Below, one piece after another: positions 57,561 to 64,000 of a stretch of 64,000 nucleotides of DNA (position 1 is the first letter of the stretch; each line of letters begins with the position of its first letter). The DNA comes from a virus: the UHGV virus genome UHGV-0332176; one strand, written 5' to 3'. The position numbers were made by a program, and so were the translations under genes. The notes below the pieces were generated by a model. The model did no database searches. It saw only the letters and a list, made by a program, of their open reading frames with translations, and had not been told where the DNA came from.

Positions 57561-57605
57561 CCATTATCAAATGATGATAACATTTTTTAATGAAAGAAAA
57601 ATAAA

Positions 57606-57839
57606 ATGGCAAATACAAATTCAAATTTAGAATTAGGTAAAATTGAAAACAAATGTGGATTTCATATTCATATGGTTCTTTTTGGTGTTAAAAGTGATAT
57701 TATTCGTTATGATATTACTCTTGAAGAAGCTAAAGATTTAATTAATAAAGCTAAAAAAGAATGCGAAAGAGCAGGAATGGAATTCCAATTAATTGAATTT
57801 GAGGAAGTCAAAGTTTCCGTAAAGAAACTTAAATTTTAA
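57606..57839 (+). CDS. hypothetical small protein (promoter-ORF-terminator cassette inside the tRNA cluster)
   Basis: 77 aa with its own promoter and a downstream hairpin (57854-57892). Confidence 0.5.
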   Translation: MANTNSNLELGKIENKCGFHIHMVLFGVKSDIIRYDITLEEAKDLINKAKKECERAGMEFQLIEFEEVKVSVKKLKF

Positions 57840-57853
57840 AAGTTTTGGTAGTT

Positions 57854-57892
57854 GGAAGTTAAGCTATTAGGGCAGGAGCAACTTAACTTCCA
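57854..57892 (+). terminator. hairpin (putative terminator)
   Basis: ggaagttaagc..gcaacttaacttcc. Confidence 0.45.
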
Positions 57893-58432
57893 TCTATTGA
57901 TACGAATCCTGATTTATTAATTACCTTCACGTGGTTCAGGATGTAAGTAAGAATTGCAGTTTATAACATAAGACAATTTCTGAAACTAAAAATTAATTTT
58001 TAAAATGATTTAATTGAATTATAGTAAATTAAATAAGTTGATTAAATACGTGAGCAATATAGAATCAACAATTGGTATAAAAGCAGATTATAACCGAACT
58101 ACTTAGGCTTACGGTAGACGTAGGGTATAACCACGATTAGGGCAATTTATTTTGAATCTTCATTATGAGTCCTCAACAAATATAATCGTTTTTAAAAAAT
58201 TCTGCATATTTAAATTTTTAAAATTATCTTTATGATGTCTTTCGTTCCTTTCATTGTTGTTACATAAAGATAATTTTGGAGAGATTAATCTCTCCACTTA
58301 TAGAAACATTAAAGATGTCAGTTCGAATCTGACCTGCCTGAATAAAAACTTTTAATATTAAATTGATATTAAAAGTCGGGTGGTAGTAATAACGGTAGAA
58401 TAGTAATGTTGCTATAAATGGAGAATTTTTAT

Positions 58433-58507
58433 GGGTGTATAAGTCAACGGTTAGACTAACAGCCTTTTAAGCTGTAGATGAGGGTTCGATTCCCTCTGCA
58501 CCTACCA
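58433..58507 (+). tRNA. tRNA-Lys (TTT)
   Basis: Acceptor gggtgta/tgcacct, D arm agtc aacggtta gact, anticodon stem acagc/gctgt with loop ctTTTaa, T arm gaggg ttcgatt ccctc, ends ACCA. Confidence 0.8.
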
Positions 58508-58535
58508 ATTTATATTATTGTAGTTAAATACTTTA

Positions 58536-58607
58536 ATGTATCGTCTAATGGCAAGACACCCTCTGTTCGTGTTGAGGGAAATATAGGTTCGAATCCTAAT
58601 AATCATT
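58536..58607 (+). ncRNA. tRNA-like element with a canonical T arm (ggttcgaatcc) but a 10-nt loop on the ccctc/gaggg stem and no CCA
   Basis: gtctaatggcaagac (D-arm-like), then ccctc tgttcgtgtt gaggg, then aataggttcgaatcctaat. It cannot be folded as a standard tRNA by eye. Confidence 0.2.
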
Positions 58608-58873
58608 AAAAATATATAAGAAAAATAACAAGTTTCTTTTTTGATAATTTGGTATTGGAAATTAATGCCCAATTATGACAAGTATTTAACAAAATTTCCT
58701 GACTCTAATCAAAGAATTAGTGATTGATAATTTAATAATTATCTGTGTGCGTGATATGACACCCTTTATCAACGCTTGCATACAAGACTGCATAAATCAA
58801 GATGGGTAGGTGGCTGTTTATCCGTTTCACCTTTCAAATGATAAACAAAACGTTAAAACGGATTGCATTTTAT

Positions 58874-58948
58874 TCTGGTGTAGCTCAATGGTGGAGCAAT
58901 CGGCTGTTAACCGAAAGGTTGTAGGTTCAAGTCCTATCGCCAGAGCCA
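58874..58948 (+). tRNA. tRNA-Asn (GTT), second copy
   Basis: Acceptor tctggtg/cgccaga, anticodon loop ctGTTaa, T arm gtagg ttcaagt cctat, ends GCCA. Confidence 0.8.
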
Positions 58949-59179
58949 ATTATAATAGTAATCATAATATTTAATTTAATAGGATTTTGGTAGCTAGATA
59001 ACCCAAGATATGAAAATTAATATTGATGATATGGTTTAAGATTTTGACCATTAACCGTAATGAAAATCCAGTTTATTTATTGTACTCGGTTAACAATAAC
59101 GTAGAATTGGTAATTCTTAGAAAGGTACGTTAAGCCTTTTATTAAATAAATATCTTATATAATTTATGAGGTATTAAAG

Positions 59180-59602
59180 ATGAGATTAATAGACATATTA
59201 GCATTATTTAAAGCTATTAAAAATACTGCTAAAAAATATCATTGGAAAACAACAGGTTCAACTTTTATGTCAGACCATTTATTATTTGATAGAATTTATG
59301 ATGATATTGATGATGACCAAGTTGATACAATTGTTGAACAATATTATATGGGTGTTGGAAGAAAAGATATTAATGATTTAGATAATTTAATTACATTATC
59401 TGCACAATATGAAGGTAAATCATTTTCTGCAACTTCTGAAAGTATAATTTTAATGTATCAAGAATTAGCAAGAATGATGAATACATTTTTAATTAATATT
59501 GAAAAATTAAATTTATTAAGAGGTATTAATTCTGAATTAGATAATCTTTCTTCAACTATTACACAATTATATGGTTTAGTAACTGCAAGATTATGTCAAT
59601 AA
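59180..59602 (+). CDS. Dps/ferritin-like protein
   Basis: ALFKAIKNTAKKYHWKTTGSTFMSDHLLFDRIYDDIDDDQVDTIVEQY matches the Dps signature (L..L....Y.KTHN.HWNV.G..F..LH..FEE.Y......D.iAERi). Confidence 0.4.
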   Translation: MRLIDILALFKAIKNTAKKYHWKTTGSTFMSDHLLFDRIYDDIDDDQVDTIVEQYYMGVGRKDINDLDNLITLSAQYEGKSFSATSESIILMYQELARMMNTFLINIEKLNLLRGINSELDNLSSTITQLYGLVTARLCQ

Positions 59603-59604
59603 TT

Positions 59605-59682
59605 GGGGCTGTGGGCGAATTGGTAGAGCCACCACCCTTTCAAGGTGGATTCTTGCCCGTTCAAGTCGGGTCAGTCCTACCA
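59605..59682 (+). tRNA. tRNA-Glu (TTC)
   Basis: Acceptor ggggctg/cagtcct (two G-U pairs), anticodon stem ccacc/ggtgg with loop ctTTCaa, T arm gcccg ttcaagt cgggt, ends ACCA. Confidence 0.65.
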
Positions 59683-59707
59683 TTTTTTATTAAGAAAGAA
59701 ATAAAAA

Positions 59708-60423
59708 ATGTATATATGTAAGAATTGTGGTAAAGAATTTTTAGAAAAATATAGCAAATGGTCAAATGGAGATTTTTGTTGTAAAGAATGTGCTAGAAGT
59801 TATTCAACAAAAAATAAAAGACAAGAAATTAATGAAAAAGTTTCTAAAACATTAAAAGGAAGAATTATTGGAAAAAATTCTTTATTAAAAAATATTAATA
59901 TTAAGCAACAATATGAAAAAGCTCCTTTATTATGTCCAATATGTAACAATATAATTTTATATGAAAGATATATTAAACATAGAAAAACTTGTAGTACAGA
60001 ATGTGGTAAAGAATTAGCAAAAAGAAATCATTCTCATCAAGGTGGTGGTTATAGAAAAAGAGCAGGAAGAAGTAAGCACGGATATTACAAAGGAATTTAT
60101 TGTGATTCAACTTATGAGTTAGCTTATTTAATTTATTGTTTAGACCATAATATTAATATTAAAAGATGTGAAGAAACATTTGAATATGAATATAATGGAA
60201 AAAACATAAATATCATCCTGATTTTATTGTTAATGATGAAATTATAGAGATAAAAGGTTATCATAATAATTTGGTCGATATTAAAATGAAATCTATTATA
60301 AATAGAAAATATAAAATATTATATATTAATGATTTATTTAAATCATTTGAATATGTTAGTAAAGCATATAATAAAAAATTTCATAATAAATGGAATAATT
60401 TTTATGAATTATATGATGAATAA
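59708..60423 (+). pseudogene. PD-(D/E)xK-type homing endonuclease with an N-terminal zinc-finger module, interrupted by a -1 frameshift at A_AAA_AAC (60199-60205)
   Basis: Frame 0 (59708..60247) carries CKNCGKEF..CCKECARSY and CPICNN..CSTECGKEL zinc ribbons plus GIYCDSTYELAYL. The -1 frame is open from 60196 and reads KKHKYHPDFIVNDEIIEIKGYHNN.. (PD...EIK nuclease motif) through to 60423. Confidence 0.45.
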
Positions 60424-60424
60424 T

Positions 60425-60504
60425 GGTGTGTGGGAGAGCTGGGTGTTCTCGCCTGCCTGTCACGCAGGAGATTCAGAAGGGTTCGAACCCCTTACACACC
60501 GCCA
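60425..60504 (+). tRNA. tRNA-Asp (GTC)
   Basis: Acceptor ggtgtgt/acacacc, D arm gaga gctgggtgt tctc, anticodon stem cctgc/gcagg with loop ctGTCac, T arm aaggg ttcgaac ccctt, ends GCCA. The variable region is slightly long. Confidence 0.6.
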
Positions 60505-60709
60505 ATTTTTTGAGATATATGCCTAGCAGTTTTCGGTAAAAAATCAAGAAAACAAATGCCTGTATGGTTAAGACATATATCTATCGTCTGTGGAAAATAA
60601 TAGTCCGTAAGGTTCTGTAATACAAGATATTATAGGTTAAATGTTCAGCTATCGAACGGAGAATAGCCAAACCAGCAAATAAGGTGGAAAGCCTTATATT
60701 AATTGTTAT

Positions 60710-60785
60710 GGGTGTGTAGCTTAAATGGTAGAGAAACTGACTCTTAATCAGTATGATGAGGGTTCGAAGCCCTCTGCACCCACCA
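60710..60785 (+). tRNA. tRNA-Lys (CTT)
   Basis: Acceptor gggtgtg/tgcaccc, anticodon stem actga/tcagt with loop ctCTTaa, T arm gaggg ttcgaag ccctc, ends ACCA. Confidence 0.75.
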
Positions 60786-60798
60786 AAAAAATAATTAT

Positions 60799-60874
60799 GC
60801 ACCCATAGGCTAATTGGACAAACCCAAAGTCTTCTAAACTTTTATTACAGGTTCGAGTCCTGTTGGGTGTGCCA
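60799..60874 (+). tRNA. tRNA-Arg (TCT)
   Basis: Acceptor gcaccca/tgggtgt, anticodon stem aaagt/acttt with loop ctTCTaa, T arm cagg ttcgagt cctg, ends GCCA. Confidence 0.8.
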
Positions 60875-61115
60875 GTTATAATTTTATTAAATAATTTGCC
60901 AGCAGGGAAAAGTGAAATGACGCTTCCACCCACTTATTAGGGTTAGATATAGCATCCTTTGCCGTGATGTTTAGTCAGCATCCTTGAAGTTTCATATTGA
61001 GGAAACTTGACATCGTGAAGGAAAGGTTAAACGTCAGACCATAAATAATGGAACAGTTTGTAAAAGAGCCTTTTAAACTGTGGAATAAGTGGCAAATTAT
61101 TTAATAAAATTTTTA

Positions 61116-61247
61116 TGATGAAACGGTGTGGCGGTGTACATATCTGAAAGTAATAGACCTGGTCTTTTAATTTGAAAGTGAAAATTAAACAAAGGTATTA
61201 CCGTTAGAGGAAGTAAGAAGTCAATGGTTCAACTCCATTTTTCATCA
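61116..61247 (+). ncRNA. 132-nt tRNA-like RNA (candidate stable RNA analogous to T4 RNA C/D species)
   Basis: Perfect 8-bp closing stem tgatgaaa/tttcatca and a canonical T arm atgg ttcaact ccat immediately before the 3' strand. The body (~100 nt) is far too long for a tRNA and there is no ORF. Confidence 0.35.
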
Positions 61248-61252
61248 TTTAT

Positions 61253-61328
61253 GCTCGGTTAGTTCAGCTGGAAGAACATCGCTTTTACACAGCGAGGGTC
61301 GGGAGTTCAAACCTCTCACCGAGTACCA
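61253..61328 (+). tRNA. tRNA-Val (TAC)
   Basis: Acceptor gctcggt/accgagt, D arm gttc agctggaa gaac, anticodon stem tcgct/agcga with loop ttTACac, T arm gggag ttcaaac ctctc, ends ACCA. Confidence 0.8.
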
Positions 61329-61330
61329 AT

Positions 61331-61404
61331 TTCGGGGTCGTCTAGTGGTAGGACATTGCACTTTGACTGCAATAACGTTGGTTCGAATCCAGCTCCCGAA
61401 GCCA
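61331..61404 (+). tRNA. tRNA-Gln (TTG)
   Basis: Acceptor ttcgggg/tcccgaa, anticodon stem ttgca/tgcaa with loop ctTTGac, T arm gttgg ttcgaat ccagc, ends GCCA. Confidence 0.8.
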
Positions 61405-61683
61405 ATTTTTAACTTGGGTTTTAACATTTTTATCCCTTTTCCGAAAAAGAAAATGTTAATAGTTGTAATTACAACTCGTTGAGGAATACTATCGTGAAAA
61501 AGTATTGGTTTATTGATTGTTTTTTATATGCTTTGGAACTCCCAGAGACCTGAAATCAATAAGGTATAATAAAGCATCTTAATTTAATAATGGGTAAGAT
61601 TGTAGAATCTCTGATATTAAATTTTAAAGTTTTATTCGTGAATACGGAAACAATGTTAAGTACGTTAATCTTAACAATTTTAT

Positions 61684-61775
61684 GGTGAGTTGGTAGAGTC
61701 AGGTTTAATACAGCAGTTTGCTAAACTGTCGCTTCCGAAAGGTTGCCAGAGGTTCAAATCCTCTACTCACCGCCA
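61684..61775 (+). tRNA. tRNA-Ser (GCT), type II
   Basis: Acceptor ggtgagt/actcacc, anticodon stem gcagt/actgt with loop ttGCTaa, a ~17-nt variable arm, T arm agagg ttcaaat cctct, ends GCCA. Confidence 0.75.
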
Positions 61776-61814
61776 TTAAAAATTAAAAAAATAAAAAAAG
61801 TTCTTGACAATTAA

Positions 61815-61843
61815 GAATTTAAAGAATATATTCTTTATATAAG
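61815..61843 (+). promoter_or_regulatory. early promoter (aaaaaGTTCTTGACA family)
   Basis: aaaaaaagttcTTGACAattaagaatttaaagaaTATATT. Confidence 0.55.
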
Positions 61844-61849
61844 GTGCTG

Positions 61850-62005
61850 ATATGCCTTAAATCAAAATTATCAGTCCGAGTTTAAAGTTTGGGGTGAGAT
61901 AAACTTTGGTTTAAAGTAATCCAGAAACTTTGGTTTCAATATTTCGCATTAAAATATTGCGTTGGACTGATTATCCCAAAACCATTACGATAAGATGGTT
62001 TATTT
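61850..62005 (+). ncRNA. candidate small RNA or leader with triple aaactttgg(t) repeats, upstream of tRNA-Ile
   Basis: gtttaaagtttggggtgagataaactttggtttaaagtaatccagaaactttggtttcaa. No ORF. Confidence 0.25.
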
Positions 62006-62008
62006 AAT

Positions 62009-62085
62009 AGGCTCGTGGTGGAAGTGGTTAACACGTTGCTCTGATAAAGCAAAGATTCCCAGTTCGATTCTGGGCGAGCCTACCA
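62009..62085 (+). tRNA. tRNA-Ile (GAT)
   Basis: Acceptor aggctcg/cgagcct, anticodon stem ttgct/agcaa with loop ctGATaa, T arm cccag ttcgatt ctggg, ends ACCA. Confidence 0.75.
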
Positions 62086-62119
62086 AATTTAAAATAATTT
62101 ATTTGTGGGAGTATTATAA

Positions 62120-62332
62120 ATGCCAATGGAAAAGAAAGTTTTAACTGATGCAGAAAAAGAATTAAAAAAGAAAGAACACGAATTTAATAAGAAAATTAAT
62201 CAAGTTTGGAAGTTAAGACCATATAAAATTAATGGAATTTCTAAAAATGTTGGTAAAGCTCCAAAATGCAATACAAAAGTTAAAACTGAAAAACCAGTAG
62301 AAATGGTAAATCAGAAAAAGAAAAAGAGATAA
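62120..62332 (+). CDS. small lysine-rich basic protein
   Basis: 70 aa with an RBS (gggag). Confidence 0.45.
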   Translation: MPMEKKVLTDAEKELKKKEHEFNKKINQVWKLRPYKINGISKNVGKAPKCNTKVKTEKPVEMVNQKKKKR

Positions 62333-62340
62333 AAATAAAT

Positions 62341-62416
62341 GCTCCGATAGGCTATGTGGTTAAACCAGGGAGCTTATATCTCTCAATGCACGGTTCGAGT
62401 CCGTGTCGGAGTACCA
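62341..62416 (+). tRNA. tRNA with anticodon TAT (AUA-decoding Ile-like)
   Basis: Acceptor gctccga/tcggagt, anticodon stem gggag/ctctc with loop ctTATat, T arm cacgg ttcgagt ccgtg, ends ACCA. The D-arm pairing is ambiguous by eye. Confidence 0.55.
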
Positions 62417-62422
62417 TATTTT

Positions 62423-62498
62423 TCTCCGATAGCTAAACGGTTAAAGCTGTCCGCTCATAACGGAAAGATTGGGGGTTCGATTCCCTCTCGGAGAACCA
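62423..62498 (+). tRNA. tRNA-Met (CAT) or tRNA-Ile2 (CAT modified to LAU)
   Basis: Acceptor tctccga/tcggaga, anticodon loop ctCATaa, T arm ggggg ttcgatt ccctc, ends ACCA. Confidence 0.7.
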
Positions 62499-62808
62499 TT
62501 TTTATAAAAGTTTTGGTTCAGACAATACGCACAAGGTGAAGATAGCACAACGGTGATGAACCATTGATATAAAAAGAATGATTTAGCGGTCATAAACTAT
62601 TATATTATAAAAGTGTCTGATGACTTTAGTTCTTTTCAATAAGGAAAAGAGTTGCAACAACCATTAATTTAAATGTTTGCTAACAAGTTCATTTAAATTA
62701 AGTATGGTAATAATGTTAGAGGAAAAATTTATTGATTTGACTATGTTAAAATCAATCGGTGAATTTTAATAATTCTCATAAATCATCTGTTAAGTGATTA
62801 TTATATAT

Positions 62809-62883
62809 AGCGGGATAGAGCAGGGGTAGCTCACTTGGCTCATAACCAAGAGGTCGGGTGTTCGAGTCACTCTCCCGCAACCA
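62809..62883 (+). tRNA. initiator-like tRNA-fMet (CAT)
   Basis: Strong similarity to bacterial initiator tRNA: 1-72 mismatch (A1/A72), agcggga..tcccgca acceptor, gagc aggggta gctc, anticodon stem cttgg/ccaag with loop ctCATaa, ends AACCA. Confidence 0.7.
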
Positions 62884-62993
62884 TTTAATAGGTAGGTACG
62901 AAGATAGCTCAAATACCTCGTAAAACTAAATAGTCGTGCTATCCGCAAACTTTTGTAGAGTAAATGGCGATATAAGTAACTCTACATTTTAAT

Positions 62994-63069
62994 GGCAGAT
63001 TAGTGAAATGGTTTATCACGGCTGACTCATATTCAGCAATTACAAGTTCAATTCTTGTATCTGCTACCA
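62994..63069 (+). tRNA. tRNA (CAT): Met elongator or Ile2
   Basis: Acceptor ggcagat/atctgct, D arm gtga aatggttta tcac, anticodon stem gctga/tcagc with loop ctCATat, T arm acaag ttcaatt cttgt, ends ACCA. Confidence 0.75.
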
Positions 63070-63094
63070 ATAATTTTTTTGTGGGAAATAATCA

Positions 63095-64000
63095 ATGACA
63101 AATTATATTGTAAATAATAATAATGTTAGAATATTTGGTGATGAAGAAGTTAATATTCAACCAAATTTGCCATTAGGTACATATTTAGTAAAAGAAAATC
63201 CTATGTCTGGTGAATTATATTTAGAAAAAACAGTCAATTTTACAAAGCCAACAAAAATTTATGGAGATTGTGAATTTCAATCTGAAAGAATTATTACAAC
63301 ATTTAAAGATAGACCAAAGAATACAGGTGTATTATTAAATGGTGCAAAAGGGTCAGGAAAAACATTTTTAGCAAAATATATTTCTTATAAGTTGTTAAAT
63401 GAAAATTATTCAACAATTGTTATTAATGAAATTTTTAATCCAACAAAATTGTCATTATTATTACAAACAATTTCTGAACCTTGTGTAATTATTTTTGATG
63501 AATTTGAAAAAATTTATCAACCAAGTAAAAATGATAATAATAATCCTCAAAATGGTTTATTATCATTATTAGATGGTTTATTTCAAACAAAAAAATTATT
63601 TATTTTTACTTGTAATGATGATAATAATATTTCTGATTTAATGAAAAATAGACCAGGTCGTGTTTATTATAAATTAGAATTTAAAGGTATTAACGATAAA
63701 GCTATTGAAGAATACTGTGAAGAAAAATTAATTAATAAAAAATATCTTTCACAAATTTTTAGTATCAAAAAAATGATTAAAGATTTTACATTTGATATTC
63801 TTCAAACAATCGTAGAAGAAGTTAACAGATATAATGAAACTCCATTGGATGCTGTTAAAATGTTAAATGTTACTCCACAATCATTATATACAAGATATAG
63901 TATTTCTGTTAAACCTTTACAAGGTCAAAAAATTATTAATTATGAAAAAACAATATGGATGAATCCTTTATCTTCAGATGAAGAATCAGTTTGGATTAAA
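63095..64000 (+). CDS. AAA+ ATPase (partial; continues past the window end)
   Basis: ATG at 63095 with an RBS (gggaaa). Walker A GAKGSGKTFLAKY and Walker B VIIFDEFEK. There is no stop within the window. Confidence 0.65.
   Translation, partial: MTNYIVNNNNVRIFGDEEVNIQPNLPLGTYLVKENPMSGELYLEKTVNFTKPTKIYGDCEFQSERIITTFKDRPKNTGVLLNGAKGSGKTFLAKYISYKLLNENYSTIVINEIFNPTKLSLLLQTISEPCVIIFDEFEKIYQPSKNDNNNPQNGLLSLLDGLFQTKKLFIFTCNDDNNISDLMKNRPGRVYYKLEFKGINDKAIEEYCEEKLINKKYLSQIFSIKKMIKDFTFDILQTIVEEVNRYNETPLDAVKMLNVTPQSLYTRYSISVKPLQGQKIINYEKTIWMNPLSSDEESVWIK

Noticed and set aside
60329-60933. ORFs 60329..60526(+), 60581..60802(-) and 60748..60933(-)
   Set aside because: They overlap tRNA-Asp, tRNA-Lys(CTT) and tRNA-Arg genes, or are the out-of-frame tail of the frameshifted endonuclease. 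They are artefacts.
61245-61427. Minus-strand ORF 61245..61427
   Set aside because: Antisense to the tRNA-Val and tRNA-Gln genes.
62354-62539. ORF 62354..62539
   Set aside because: It spans two tRNA genes (the TAT and CAT tRNAs).
1-64000. CRISPR arrays, integrases/transposases, reverse transcriptase (DGR) and group I introns
   Set aside because: I looked for regularly spaced direct repeats, integrase or transposase motifs, RT motifs near the variable fibre genes and intron-like interruptions of conserved genes. None was found, and the window appears to be part of a lytic phage genome.

Overview
This 64 kb window is very AT-rich (roughly 25-30% GC by eye). It is almost entirely plus-strand coding and looks like part of a large T4-like myophage genome from a low-GC host. 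My guess is a pelagimyophage or a similar marine or flavobacterial phage, based on a phage-encoded ribosomal protein bS21 and on UvsX, UvsY-like and gp32-like recombination genes.

The layout is as follows:
- 0.2-7.8 kb: early genes, including an ADP-ribosyltransferase-like paralog family, a kinase-like gene interrupted by a -1 frameshift, a J-domain protein and a ClpA-like Hsp100.
- 7.8-14.7 kb: a late virion/baseplate module, including a hub protein with a C-terminal M15 peptidase.
- 14.8-23.9 kb: an accessory and likely anti-defence cluster. It holds a macro domain protein, RNase HI, PTH2, an HD-domain (p)ppGpp-hydrolase-like protein, a T5orf172 endonuclease, a CCA-adding enzyme and Hsp20.
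- 23.9-26.9 kb: a late-expressed 986-aa Alt-like protein on the minus strand.
- 28-33 kb: a DUF2829 (anti-Thoeris Tad2-like) gene sitting in a GC-rich island. Across 28-48 kb there are three paralogous small minus-strand late genes, each preceded by a perfect palindrome.
- 34-39 kb: a SleB-like cell-wall hydrolase and several tail-fibre genes with shared repeat modules.
- 40-47.6 kb: bS21, gp32, UvsX, an SPFH protein, a UvsY-like protein, a CBM5/12-repeat protein and dUTPase.
- 48-54 kb: a large structural protein and a beta-class DNA methyltransferase.
- 54.3-63.1 kb: a cluster of about 20 tRNA genes. It is interleaved with sigma70-type promoter repeats, candidate small RNAs and three homing-endonuclease-type genes, one of which has a -1 frameshift. 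It also contains a Dps-like gene, tRNA fragments and a 132-nt tRNA-like RNA.
- 63.1-64 kb: the 5' part of an AAA+ ATPase gene running off the window end.

All functional calls come from reading motifs in the supplied translations. I ran no database searches, and all coordinates were counted by hand.
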